The notes under the pieces were generated by a model that was given only the letters and a program-made list of their open reading frames with translations, had not been told where the DNA came from and did not search any database. The position numbers were made by a program, and so were the translations under genes. Positions 1 through 14,301 of a stretch of DNA of 64,000 nucleotides are shown one piece after another. Source of the DNA: Microbotryum violaceum (lineage: Eukaryota); contig CDLV01000014.1 of the NCBI GenBank assembly GCA_001244265.2, positions 1,178,001 through 1,242,000 on the forward strand. The letters are read 5' to 3'. Numbering within the stretch: the first letter of the stretch is position 1; every line of letters starts with the position of its first letter.

Positions 1-1711
1 TGCCGCCTTCTCGCCAATCTGAATAGCCTCTGCAGTCCACTGTGACACCTGATTGGGTGTGACGTTCAAGCGTCCCACATCTGCGGTCTTGCGTGCCACG
101 TACCAATCCGAAATGGCTTGGCAAAGACCCAAAATCTGCGCGCTTGAATAATCGACAACAAATATGACTCCGTTGACGATGTCCTCCACGCTATAATTGG
201 CATCGTCAAGAATCTGGAATAGGTGCGCAAAATTTCGGCGGTAGAAGCCCGATCGCTCGTGGTTGCCGACGGAGTACAGGATCGGAAACCAGCGACGAGC
301 GCTTGGCGAATAGCAGACCGTGGTGAGCAACGCCCAATTGTCGCGAAAGTAGGTGTTGTGAGCGTCGGTAGGCCATCCCAAATTGCCTTCGACTAGCCGG
401 TCGTCAATCGTTTCCGAGAGCCTCGCTTTCATCTGAGGAGTCTGGATGCCAAATGACGTCTCAGAGTCGGTTAGCGAATTGGAGGTGATCTTCGACTTCG
501 ACCGCGACCCATCGTTCCTGGGTTGCTTCCGAGGGTCGGGATCGTGTTTTTGCTCGGCAAGTGGCTGCCCTTGGCGCTGTCCCGGTATTTCGATGTATGC
601 GAGGCAACCGGCATTGGCAACAGCTTCAATAGCTGACATCAACGTGTCGGGCAGAGCTCCATTACGCTTACTGTGGCCCACTCTTGGTGCGTATCTCGAG
701 ATTGATTGAGTGCTGTCAAATACAGGGCAAATTTTAGAGGCGGACGGCCGATGACAAGGGTCCTGCGGAAATGCGGTCATTTGTCCCATGCGCAGCTTGG
801 CGGCCGATGCTTGTGGAGCGGCTTTACGCAATTGTCGCAGCTCTTCCAGATGTTGCGGGGACGGACGCGACACCGGAGGTGGAGGATGCAAATGGTACCC
901 TGAATGCCAGATATATATTTCCCCCGGGCATTCCTCACGCTGCCCTTGGGCAATTGTAGCGGAGCACAGGATGTGCCTCATTGGTCCGTTACAGCTTGTG
1001 ATTGGACACGGCGGTAACTCGTCTGAAGGCCTCTCAACGTTTGGAGCAAGGTGCTTGCGGGTTGCAACCTTCTTGGGGCGTCCTGTGACGAGCTGTGGAG
1101 TCTCCTCCTGAAACAACTTCGACCTACTTGCTGTCGACAGCGATGTGTGAGGTCGACGCTTGCCAGAGCATGATTGATCACAACAGACAAACACGCCCAT
1201 GCAACATCTTTTGCTGTACTTGCTGTACTCGACGTTTGCATCCCAAACGCGGGCCTTTCCATCGCCCTTTTGAATCGGTTCAAGATGATGACGCCGAGAA
1301 AGCCCACATGTGTGACAAGCCACCGCTCGAGCCTGGATCCATACAAACAATGAGGACGTCGCCCCAAGTCCCGTTGGGCCGCCAAGGATCAAGAACAATC
1401 TCTTGTAAATATGCTTCGAGCATCAGGTCCGTTATCGTTGTCCTTCCTTCACTATATGTTGGTAAATTCGCATGATCTTCACTGTTGACGAGCTTGTCAT
1501 CCATTGAATCTGGTTCGGTGTTCGGACGTAGATTGCCGGAGATCCTGTCGCTTGGAGATGCTTCACGCTTTTCCCTGACAAGCAAGTCGTGCTTGGAAGC
1601 AGAAGGTGCGCCACTTGGAACAGGGGCATCTACCCGGCCTTGAGGTCTTGTAGTGATATTTACGAATGGGAGTCGAGCCTTGATGTGCTCGTAGACCTGT
1701 GACATTGGCAA
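1..1711 (-). mobile_element. Degenerate MULE/Mutator-like DDE transposase gene (fungal type), running off the left edge
   Basis: The minus frame over 480->1 is open and reads FGIQTPQM...GWPTDAHNTYFRDNWALLTTVCYSPSARRWFPILYS...FYRRNFAHLF...VVDYSSAQILG, matching the TDxxH / WxPxLxS / VxD(F/Y)SxAQ pattern of fungal MULE cores. A Cys cluster (PCPITSCNGPMRHILC) lies near 960-1010. Upstream exons are fragmented and no ends were found. Confidence 0.6.
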
Positions 1712-2039
1712 TCAAGAGTCAGCTCAGCGACTAAAGCTCAACGACGTAGAATCCATCAACTCATGAAGCTATACGCACTCTCAAGGTAATGGTTGCTTCT
1801 GCTGGCAACGAGTTGATGTCGAGTACGAAGCCGGTCAACCCGAGAACCTTGTCCGAAGAGTTGGTCGCAGCAGTAAATGCTGCGAGTTGGTTGTACCGGC
1901 AGGAGGCAAGACATGGAGTCGAGTGAGTAGATGACGTAGCCGCGTCGTCGACCACCTAGTAGTCGAAGCAGGAGTCCTCTGTACAAAGGCACAGATAAGT
2001 CGCCGAATTAAACGGTTAGTAACTGGCTGAGTGGCCTGT

Positions 2040-3275
2040 CACTTTGACCAGACTCGACTGAGCATTCTAGGACCCCGCGTGTTTCGCGTGCTTGATCGGC
2101 TTTACTCCTCGACTCGGCGTCCAGATCCCTGTCGTCAATCAACGCTCCAGCCTTTGCTTAAACGTAGCTGATCGACCCAGCCGCCACCGACACTTGACTT
2201 GGACTCAACGGCGCAGGCAGTCGCATACAAAGGCCTACTTTGACCAAGCTCAAGTCCGCATACCGGAAACCGCTTTGTGAAGGAGTTTGCATCGGCCAAA
2301 GCTTGCGCAGGCTGGGGATACGGCCAAAGAGTGGGTCCTGCGCCTCTGTCTACCACCAGGCCGAGACCGACGCACCCACAACCTTCCTCCGCCGAGCACG
2401 GAAATGACGATGCTTATCTGTGATTCCGACACCAACACGGGAGATCGTGGACCGCAAGAACTTATTGTCCAGGTGCACAGTCATCGATGTCCCAATGGTC
2501 GACCCAAGTACCAAGTCGTCAGCTCGCTCCATCCGTCTGCGATGCCTCTCCGGTACCCAACACTCTTCGCCGCAGAGGAAAATAGCACCCACCTCAACAC
2601 TCCTCTTTGCGGGTTCCACCAAGCCGGGCCGCCCATCGCCAGAAACCGAGAGCAGATCGACAATGGCGTCCAATTGCGCGAGGTACTTCCGGTCTCGGTC
2701 TGGATGACGAACGAGGAGGACAAAGACCGCGATGATGAGGATGAAGACCGCGAGGAAGGGGATGAAGAGGATGGTGATGGCGAACGTACGCGTCTTTGGC
2801 TCTTTTTCTGATGTTCCATTCTGTTTAAGGCGCAAGCACAGACTGACATTGAACTTTTGAACACCTAGGACAAAGGTCCAGTAAAGGGGTCGAGGTGGCG
2901 AGTCTCGCGTTCACAATTCTTTGCGCACTACTTGCCAAAGGCGACGAGTACTTCTCAATCCCGCATTGCACCCACGGTCCCTTCCTGGAGTCTGTGATTT
3001 ATGGATATACTCCAAGTCGAGACCGATCGACTCTACACATCCGGTTGCATCAAGAGAACCTACACCTCACCACGACCCAAGGCATCAACGGCTTGGCCCC
3101 GAACCCAATTGGACGTTCGATGACCTTGGGCTCGACATTCAAGAATAGACCGCGCGACATCACGCAGCAATACCAGGATGCGATGGCGTGTGTTGTCAAA
3201 CATGGAAAGCTTCCGCTGCTCATCACGATGACGTACGACCCCAACTTACCGGAAATTAAGGCTGCACTGGGGCCG
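2040..3275 (+). mobile_element. Helitron (non-autonomous, decayed Rep fragment), copy 1 left part
   Basis: Helitron N-terminal/Rep motifs (SSLHPSAMPLRYP; IGRSMTLGSTF...QQYQDAMACVVKHGKLPLLITMT). Co-linear with 27676-28905. Ends abruptly at a Gypsy LTR at 3276. Confidence 0.85.
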
Positions 3276-4924
<1,649 letters not shown>

Positions 4925-4930
<6 letters not shown>

Positions 4931-7900
4931 GCATCATAGGAAAGCTTGTCGTGGAACATGGGTGGAGTATCCAAGACATCAACCATGATGGCCGAAATGA
5001 TGGGAAGTATATTTTCCGGAGGTTGAGGTCGATAACGAGAACCAGCAGGAAGGATGTTGGAAGGATCAACATTCTCGAATTGGCCAGGATTTGGACCAGT
5101 GCGAACGATGGCATAACCTTCACGAGGAGCGAGAGCGACTTCCGCCTCACCGTCGAGTGGTTCTTCTGCGTCATGATAGTTATCAGGTCCATCGTCGAGT
5201 CCATCGTTGTCGTCATTGTTGTCATCCTTACGAGGAACGACTGCAAGATACCCCCCTGTTGACCAACTTCAATTGGAACCACCGGAGGAGGCTGTGGATC
5301 CGGCAAAGTTGGATCCACAACAGGTGAAGTTGGTGTAGACGGCAACACATCTGGCGGAGGATGAGGAAGATGAGGAGGTTGAGAATGATGAACGGGATCA
5401 GAAGCGTCCGCACAATCTTGAGACGAAGTGACAACCGAAGGAGTCTCAAGGAATGTGACGTGACACAAAACGTAGACCTGTTTCGACAATTGGACCCAGA
5501 CACGGTAGTTGTATTCACCGGAGTACCCGATGAAAACTCCCTGAATGGAGCGAGGTGCAAGCTTGGAGCGACGCTCCTTGGGAACGTGGACAAACGCCGT
5601 AGATCCGAATGGCTGAAGATGAGCAAGACTAGGCTTCTTGCCGAGAAGAACTTCGATTGCCGTTTTTCCTTGAATACGAGGATGTGGTTGACGATTGAGA
5701 ACAAATGTCGCGACGGCCAGAGCATCTGGCCAGAATCGCATGGGAAGACCGGTGAAAGGCACGAGATCGCTCTCGAGCCTCACTGGCGACCTAGCTGACA
5801 GGTGCAAGTTATATGGATTGCAACTAGCTTCTGGTGTCAGCCCGATATACGAGAGTGCTGAGATATGGAACACCAGTACTCACCTAGCTTCTGGTGTCAG
5901 CCCGATGGGGAGGGAACTGAAGAAGCTAGGTGCGCGCGATCTCTATTTCTAATACCTGTGGCCCGTAGTAAGGCGCGCGCGCGCCTTACAACCGGAGTTG
6001 AGGAGCATTGATCGAACGAGACCCATGAGAGATCCATTGAGTCGCTCTACTTGACCATTTTGCTCCGGAGTATAGGGGGCCGTGAATTCCACGATGATGC
6101 CCTGCTTTTCAAGAAGAGCCCGGAACAATGAGTTGTCGAATTCACGACCATTGTCCGATCTGACCCTCTTGATTTTCTGACCCGTTTGACGCTCGGACTC
6201 GGCTTGAAATTTTGACCATGCTTCGATAATTGTCTCAGCCCTCTTGTCCTTTAGCACGATCATCCATTTAGCCGTCAAATACTGATCCACAATAGCAAGA
6301 TAGATAGTATCGCCATGGTGATTGGGATGTTCGACAAACCCAAGATTGATGAAGACGCGGTAGAGTGCATGAGGCGCTTTGGTACTCTTGTTGGAGAAGG
6401 GTGATTGCTTTGACTTGGCCTGGATGCACAAGAAGCAAGGAGTAACCTTTTTGTCCTTCAGAGTGATGCCAGTGATAGCCCCGGAGTTGACGGCCAAAAC
6501 GATCGCCGCAGGAGATTGATGGCCCAACTTCCGATGTGCTTCCATCAAAGTACAGGTTCCAGCGAGATGATTGGCTCCGACCATTGAAGGCAGTGAGGAT
6601 GACATGATAGGCTGAACGGGAGCTGCATCCATGACAAACCCCCGACCAGGAAGCGAGCGCAGAATCGACTTGCCGCGGATGCTGAAAATGAGATTGCTTT
6701 GGGGACCAACAGCGTACGTCATCGATTCCAACAGACGGTCGATGGAGATAAAACCGCATTGAGTACCGGGCATGTAGTAGACCCTCTTAATGGTGATACG
6801 AGCGCCATATGAGGTAAGAAACGTCACTGAGCCATGACCGGGAGATTCGATTTGAGATTGATCGGCAACAGAAATTTTGAGAGGCTCAGAGACAACGTCC
6901 AATAGGACCGACTTGTCTCCAACGTAATGGACCTTAGCACCCGAGTCAATGATCCATGGAAAACGTGGCATCGTTCGCGAATAAGGGAAAGTGTAGGCCA
7001 TCAATGCAGATTCATCTACACCAATGGCAGCTACGTTCGAATTTGAGTCCGAGGAAGCGGGAGCGCTCGCATCCTTGTTCCTGCTTGGACAGAGACGCCA
7101 ACCACGCTCGTGTCCCAGTGCTTTTCGGCGCGAACAATACGACTTGGAGTAGTCCTTTTGCGCCGTGGTGGAAATATGGGCAACGAGGCTAGTATCGTCA
7201 ACGATCCGAGCGGATAACGATTCCTTTTGTTTGTTTCGGGAATCAGCCATTTCGACCTTGATCAGGAGTTTCGGATAGAACGTGTTCCAATCCATGTGGA
7301 TGTCGATGTCGGAGGCAAGGTTCCCAACAATCGAGTCATACTGGGCTGGAAGCGACCGAACGAGCATGCCTGCAAACAGCCAATGCGGAAGCGGAGCTCC
7401 GAGGTTCTGAAAATCGGTCATGGCGATCTTGAACTTGTTGATGAATTCCTTAAAAGGAATATCCCCAGAGTAAGGTTGCGCTAGAGTGTTGAGGAGGTCC
7501 ATAGTGCGACTCGGGCAACCGTGAGTGGAGAACACGGAGGGTGTCCCACATCTCGTACACCGAGGTAAGATGAATCAAGTGAGACATCTGTTCCTCAGAG
7601 ATCGAATTGGCAATGTACTTGCATGCCAAATCGTTGCAGCGGATGGCCCGTTCGCGATATTCCGCGACCTTGTCCGCAACTTGAACGCTGGTGAGCCTGC
7701 CCAAGCCCGCTAAAGCCGGAGGAGGCTGGTTCAACTGGCGCGACGGACGCAGTTGCATGTGCGATAACGAGCGTGGACCGATAGTCCGCGACAAGGGAGT
7801 CGATGGATTGATTGACGACATCCCATACTTTGTCGGCTTGAAGATTGATAAACGCACGTTGTGACCAGCTCTTGTACCCTCGTGTGTCCTTGAGATACAA

Positions 7901-8141
7901 GCGGCTGCCCGACCCGTTGGGGAAGTCGGGTTCGCCCGTTGAGCTCATAACCTGTTGCAACAAGGACTAAGAGGTACTCCACGACTCAGCTCCGAGATAC
8001 ACGAGTGAGATGATGAGAATAGCGTGGAGAAGGAACCCAGAAGGAAAAAAGACGCAAAGACAAAGATAGGCGCGCGCGCAGAATAAAGTATTAACCAAGA
8101 CTAATAGCAATGAGTTAGGCTCTCAGACCCCACTTATAACA
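4925..8141 (-). mobile_element. Ty1/Copia retrotransposon: 5' LTR, gag, protease, integrase; RT half missing
   Basis: LTR 8141->7953 (TGTTAT...GCAACA) followed by PBS GGTTATGAGC (7952-7943). Gag, WIIDSGA protease, HxxxGH...CxxC, RSDNGREF, PYTPEQNGQVERLN and IFIGY motifs are present. Frameshifts, and a solo LTR splits the integrase. Confidence 0.92.
5753..5990 (-). mobile_element. Solo LTR (238 bp) inside the Copia integrase
   Basis: TG...CA termini and 5-bp TSD ACCGG (5748-5752, 5991-5995). Removing it restores RSMLLNSG|LPMRFW. Confidence 0.9.
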
Positions 8142-8878
8142 ATCTCTCAAGCAAGGTACGACTGGGAGCTCCTCAAAATCTTCGGATATTCGAGATTACC
8201 GAGCCTTGGGACAAGTATGTCAACGGACTAGACATTTTTTACAAAGTATGTCGCGTCTGTGTCACACTGAAGGGTGATGTTGAGCTGAAGCGCAACCTCA
8301 CACAGATGCCAGAGCACATCAATACATGGGCACCGAGATGGTCGTCGCTGGCAAATGCTCAAGCCACAATGAACATGGGTGGGAACGACGTCATAGTGAT
8401 TCAAGCTTTGCTTACCGATCCCTCCCGCGGTCGTGATGTTAGCATGCTAGCGGCTAAGCCATTACTCGGTCGCAAACCGCCTGTCTTGGGGAGGCTTACA
8501 GAGGTAGAAGTCGATTTCTCGGATCCTTCAACGTCAACCATCCTCCCCTTTGTTGCAACTGCCTCGAGCAACGCTGGTTCGAGCGCGGACTTAGGCACGA
8601 GCAGCGCTTTGACGCGCGCGGGTACCACAAAAGGGGCAAGGCACTGTCGATTATGTGGGCAAACCACTTGTCGACGCAAGGGGTCAAAACTAAGCGATGA
8701 CGGATCGGTGAATGAGTGTGACGGGGCGTGCTTGGACTGCGGGAAGCCTTTCGGGCTGACAGACGAGATGGATCCGAACGACCCACAATCACGAAGGTTC
8801 TGTAGAGGACTGACAAGGGCTGAGATGAATGGCCGAGCTTGGCATCAAAAGAAGTGTCACAACTTTGTAGCTGTATAA
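8142..8878 (+). pseudogene. 3' fragment of a Cys-rich ORF, probably transposon-derived, cut by the Copia insertion
   Basis: ORF 8306-8878 ends in Cys clusters (HCRLCGQTTC, CLDCG, FCRG...KCH) and begins right after the Copia LTR. Family not recognised. Confidence 0.35.
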
Positions 8879-8925
8879 TACCTGCGTAATATGAAGTATG
8901 TTGTCAAAATGACTCGTTCCGTACC

Positions 8926-9135
8926 ACTTCCTCTCTTTCTCCTTTTTCACCTCCCCCTCCCTCTTCTTCTTTCTCCAAGTTCTTTCTCTTCCCCTCCCTC
9001 TTCTCTTTCCCCCCCTTTTTTCCCTTTCCCTCTCCTCTTCTTTTTTCTTTTTTCTTTTTTTTCCTCCCCTTCCTTTTTTCCCTCTTTTCCTTTCTTTTTC
9101 TTTTCTTTTCTTTTCCTCTCCTCCCCCCCACCCCC
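8926..9135. repeat. Polypyrimidine (C/T) low-complexity tract
   Basis: About 210 bp almost entirely C and T on the + strand. Confidence 0.9.
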
Positions 9136-9150
9136 GACAGGGGTACGGGC

Positions 9151-9367
9151 CCGGAAATCAAGGCTGCACTGTGGCCGAACGACAAAGTATTCCACCGTCC
9201 AGATCTCATTGCACGAATGTTTGAGTGGGCAGGCTGTTTCGGCGATGAATGGAAAATCTTTGCGTTTTTTGTTTGTTTTTGTTTACCTCTGCTGAAATCA
9301 TGCCTGTTCTTCGATTATCATGCGATTTGAATTTCATCCGCCCGTTGATTTAATGGGATCCAACTGG
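9151..9367 (+). mobile_element. Helitron 3' end (copy 1 right part)
   Basis: Homologous to 28883-29142. Subterminal hairpin CCCGTTGA-T-TTAATGGG (9341-9357) followed by CTGG|T (CTRR terminus). Confidence 0.85.
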
Positions 9368-9368
9368 T

Positions 9369-9408
9369 TTAACTAACTATGGACCAACTAAGCTTAAGCG
9401 TAGCCTTG
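9369..9408. mobile_element. Isolated right end of the CAAGG-TIR non-autonomous element family
   Basis: ACTAACTATGGACCAACTAAGCTTAAGCGTAGCCTTG is near-identical to 34026-34062. Confidence 0.8.
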
Positions 9409-9652
9409 AAGTCTGCGAGAGCCGACTCGGAGATCACGAAAGTCCCGGTGGACGGTGGTTGGTGTCGTCAGTTCTCCGGCCGGTCGACGCGTCATCGCGG
9501 CCATATCGCGGCCGATCGCGGCCAGCGGGGCGGCACCGCCGGTTGCTGCTTTCCTTCAGAAACACATCACCGGCACCCTCCACGCCACCTGCACTCGCCT
9601 ACACTCAACAATTCTTACTCACCCTCGAGCCAGCCAAGTCCTCCATCGCCAG

Positions 9653-10770
9653 ATGACTGCGATACTTCGTCCCTCCGTCTCTCGACTGCTGCAGCGCACC
9701 TTAACCACGCATACTTCACCGGAGCTGAGCCGCAACGCTCTCGTCCAGTCCACCTCAGCTTCGGCTCGTTTCTTCACCTCCACCTCCCGTCGAGCCAAGA
9801 TTCCCCCTTCGCCAAACCATGCGACAGCTTCACCATTCAATGCTCTGCGCCAGCGATTCGTGTCCTTTCCCTCGCGTGGAGTCACCACGGGACCCTATGT
9901 CGCCCCCGGCCAAGGCTCGTCAGGGGTTGACTGGACCAGGATTAGCATGACCGCAGGATTGGCGCTCGCAGGCACTGTTGCGATCAACTACTTCCTCAAT
10001 CGCGAGACAAGGGATTCTCTCTCGCCGTTCGAGAAGTCTTACCTCAACGATTCGTTCAAGTGGACTGGTGGAGGCCTCCTCATCACGGCGTCAGTGGCCA
10101 AGTTGTTGCACTCCAATGGCTTCGCCGTCAGGATGATGTCTGCCAACCCCTGGCTGGTGATGGGTCTCGGGGTAGCAGCAGGTATCGGATCAATGATGGG
10201 TGTCTTTTACACCGAGCCAGACTCGCCATTGGTAAGTGGTGGCTTCCGGTCTTGACCTCGATGATGCCGCGGGTCTGATGCGCCTCTTCATGCTCGCAGC
10301 ACTACGTCAGCTTCGCCCTCTTCAGCGCCGTTCAAGGTGCAACGCTCGCGCCCATGTTCTTCCTCAATCCCGCCGTTCTTTCCCGCGCTGGTCTTTACAC
10401 TCTGGGAGCTGTGTCTGGTCTTACCTGGGTTGGTGCCACGGCGAAGTCAGACACTTTCTTGTACATCGGTGGCCCTCTCCTCGCCGGTCTCGGTGTCCTC
10501 GTCGTGTCGTCCTTGGCTCCGATGTTGCTCCCGAGGATGAGCATGAGGACTCTGTCCGCACTGGAACATGTGACCGCCTACGGTGGCGTAGGTTTGTTCT
10601 CGATGTTCATTCTGTACGACACGCAAAAGATCCTGGCGCATGCGCAATTGGCCCAGCGGGGCGCTATCCCTCGGGACCCGGTCAGGGAAAGCGTTTCTCT
10701 CATCCTCGACGCCATCAACCTGTTTGTTCGAATCGTCCAAGTCTTGATGTTGCAGCAGCGCAGGAAGTGA
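9653..10770 (+). CDS. Bax inhibitor-1 family mitochondrial membrane protein (GHITM/MICS1-like), 2 exons
   Basis: Mitochondrial-presequence-like N-terminus, multiple TM segments, FLYIGGPLLAGL, ILYDTQKI and LILDAINLFVRI motifs. Intron 10232-10299 (GTAAGT...CAG). Confidence 0.88.
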
Positions 10771-11060
10771 TCTATACACACTGCAACTCGCACATTGAGA
10801 TTGTAACCCGCTGCTTCCATCGCCGGGTGAGTACGACTGGAGATTTTTTCGTTTCCAGATCTGGGTACTTTTGTTTCTTTCCGGTAATGGAACTCAACAC
10901 AATCACGGACTATTCCAACAACTGGGAAGGAGTGAATGCATCATTCCTTCGGCGCACAAGTTGCGGCTCAGGGAAGGAACAGAGCTCAGCTCCTTGATCT
11001 TTGGTCTTTGTCGTGCTACACCTCGTTATATATCTGGCAGCTCCTCGCAACTACGCGCTA

Positions 11061-13162
11061 TCACTCTTGAGCGACCTTGATCAAAAGCTTTCCGCTGGAC
11101 TTGCGACCCACTGTTCGATGCACAGTCGTTCACGTCAATACGCAGTACGTTCTTCGGAAGTTCTGGAACGAACACCGACGCGCCGAGAAGAAACAACTGA
11201 TCGTACTTATGTCAACCTGGGCTTGTTTGATCCCTTTCGTCGAGAGGGGATACTCCGAGTGGACCGAAAGTCGCAGCTGCCCCGAGGCCAGTAGGCCGAA
11301 TAGCTCGGTCGAATACGTCTGGAATTCGTGCTTGGTGTGCACGTATTGATTCAGTACAGGTCGAATGACTGGAGAAGAACGACTCGTGGGGTCAGCCTTA
11401 TGCTGTTATTGCGAGCTATAATTACGCGAGGTCGAAAAACCTGTTGTTTACGTTTAAGATTCCTGGGTCCAAGCTTGAGCACAGAGAATGGAGGAACGGC
11501 TCCAGAGGCGTTGCCGCAAGATACCTAGGTTGCATGCAATTCATCAGTACTCGGCTAGTCAGGCACGGAGGGCGAACGAGCCCCGAGCTCTCTTCTTGGA
11601 CGTCAGGCTTACGATCGAGCCCTTCCTCCTAACGAGATCGAAGTCCATCTCAAACGTGTCTTTTCCGACGCCATCGAATACAGCGTGAACGCCACGGTCA
11701 ATGCCTTCGCCTCCCGTAATCTTGTAAACCTCTTCGGCGACATCAACTTGTCCACTGTAAAGGATCACATGATCTGCGCCGGAAGCACGCGCAATCTTGG
11801 CCTTCTCCTCCGTGGAGGTGGTTCTGCAGGCAACACGAGATGAGCACGGAGGAACATCCCGTTAAGAATGACAGGGATGATGACAGGAAGCGGAGAAAGA
11901 GGCACTCACCCGATCCTGATCAGCAGCAGCACGCGTCGTAGAGTTGGCTGGTTAGTAAACACTTCGGGGAAGCCTTATGTCACGATGCCCGAGAGAGCTC
12001 ACACGTGGGCACCAGCACTTTTCGCCCTGTTTGGGGCATGAAATAGGGTTGGTACGACTCTTAGTGCTGATAGTCGATAATGCATTTTTTCGGAGCTAGC
12101 GACTCACAATTGAACCAGCAGGCCTCCCAAGCCACCTGCGGCGGCCTGAACAAGAATATGTTCTCCTTTCCGCACCGGATGGGCCTCGCGAATAAAAGTC
12201 AAGGCTGAGTAGCCCCCGATTATTTGGTTCGGCAGTATCTCTCAGGAATATGTCGTGTTCCAGGTTTGCATTGACTTACCCGTTAAACCTTGCAACAGAC
12301 CGGTCGCTGCCTGCTTCGTTGACATGGACTCTGGGATCTTGACCGTCTTGTCGGCGAGCGAGACAGCGTATTCGGCGAACGCTCCACCGGCAGTATAGGC
12401 CTACAGATAGAACAATATCGAAGAAGGCAGGACACCCCATAAGCTTCGTTGAAAGGTCAACGAAAGTAATGCTCCCAGTGTTGATGGTCGGTCTGACGTA
12501 CCGCAACTTTGTCACCAATCTTGAAGCCGTGACTCGCTTCAGTGACACCCTCTCCGAGTGCGATTACGACACCGGCTGATTCATTGCCAAGGATGTACGG
12601 CATCGCTAGTTTGTATAGCCCTCCACGCTGATCTGTTGTAAAAGCGAGCGGCGTTGGACATGAGCATTGAGCTGTAGCGATCTAGGACGCCGAGATGGCG
12701 GCCGTAATTGAAAGCGTTTCTTCGCTGATCGAATAGCCTTGCTTGACTGTGATCACTCACAGGTGTCGATGAAGTTAACACTGGGGCCAGAAGAGAAGAG
12801 AAAAGTGGGCGACGCGACGTGTTCAGTTTGTTGGTCTCGCACTCCCGGTCACCATCCTTTGGCCGCCAGCCCCCGGGCAGCCAAGGAGCTGATAGACGAG
12901 GTACTATATGAGGTATTATGACTTACCCCGCCCATTGGACTTCGTACAGGACTTGACCTTTAGCGGGCTGAGGGACATCGACTTCTGTGACTTGAATGAC
13001 ATCGAGTTCGCCTTGCTCTCGGATCTGACATGCTTTCATCTTGGACGGAATCGACATCGTACTTGCTAAGCGGAAACGGGATGGGGAATGTAGCAAAGAG
13101 CCAGTAAGCAGTGTGGGACGTGTGTAACGAACGAAGGTTGTTGCTGCAACGAAGCGGGGCAT
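11061..13162 (-). CDS. NADPH:quinone oxidoreductase (zeta-crystallin/ZTA1-like), many introns
   Basis: MSIPSKMKACQI...VPQP; QAAAGGLG; VHAVFDGVGKDTFE; C-terminal GRKSSGKLLIKV with stop at 11061. Start at 13162 (with presequence) or 13057. Confidence 0.88.
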
Positions 13163-13808
13163 AGGCTGAGTTGTGCGGGGAAATGGACTCGGAGGGACAC
13201 GCGGGAGTCGACTGACGAGGTGGTGGGTGCTTGGGTAGGTGAAGGCAAGTCGCAGCACGTGCTAGCACGTGGCAGCCCTTTGGCAGCGTATGGCAGGGGC
13301 GCAGTCGCCGGCCTGGCGTGGTCTATAAGGCTATCAATACGCCGGGCTCCGGGCCTCCGGGCCCGGGGGCGCTAAGCGCTCACCTCCCGCCCACCTCTGC
13401 CCACCTCCCTGCGAATGAGATTGAGAACGAGATTTTGAAGATTTTAACATAAGGTCACAAGGTCTTTGCGAGCTCCGCTCACGCCTCCCGAACTGTGGGA
13501 AACAGATCGATCGGCGCGTGCGCTCTCGCGTGAGATGCTTATTTAATGGAGGTGTTTTGTGGTGTAAAATCATAAGTAGACATAAGATGCTGGCGGATTG
13601 ACAGACAGTTGTAGATTGTTTCGAAGATTTCTAAAAAAGGGTCTGTCAGCTCGGTCATGCCTCGATTCGCCTAAGCCAAAAAACAGGCAGAAGGCAGTAG
13701 GCAGTAGATTGTGGACTGTAGGTAGGAGCCTAGGGGGCGTGGAAAAGTGAAGTGTAGATGAAAGCTAGCATCCGCCTAGTACGCGCACGGCTTCCTTGCG
13801 ATAAAAGA

Positions 13809-13857
13809 GGTGCTTCACGGGTGCTTCACGGGTGCTTCAGGGGTGCTTCAGGGGTGC
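13809..13857. repeat. 11-bp tandem repeat GGTGCTTCA(C/G)G, about 4 copies
   Basis: Directly visible in the intergenic region. Confidence 0.8.
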
Positions 13858-14301
13858 CAGAAGGACACAACCAGGAGCTGAATAGGGTCGGGGCATTGCA
13901 GGGTGCTCAAGCGATGTGGATAACAGCATGCGGAAACTATCAGCCACCAACGCACTGTGGGAACCCAGAAACTGAAGATGTTGCTCGCGAAGCACGATCG
14001 GTAGTCGCAGGAGAGGTCTGGCGTCGGGGAAGCACCACGACTCGTCCTGAATAAAAGGGCAGATGGTTCGTTATGTAAAATAAAGATGTCGACCTTGAGT
14101 CGACGATAGTGACAAGTCAATGCAAATGCGTGCCAACAGGAAGCGTAACCCAGAATGAAGAGAAGGGAGGAAAGCAAAGACGAAAAAAACATAGAGGCTT
14201 CAGTCCGAAGGCCCCAAATGTGAAGACTTGCAGCGGCGAGACAGATCCTGATGTACAACGAGCAGAGTCGGGACGACCGTCAAATACGGCACCCGTGTCG
14301 G

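Noticed and set aside
8891-9295. ORFs rich in F/S/P or K/E/G on both strands
   Set aside because: Translation artefacts of the C/T low-complexity tract.
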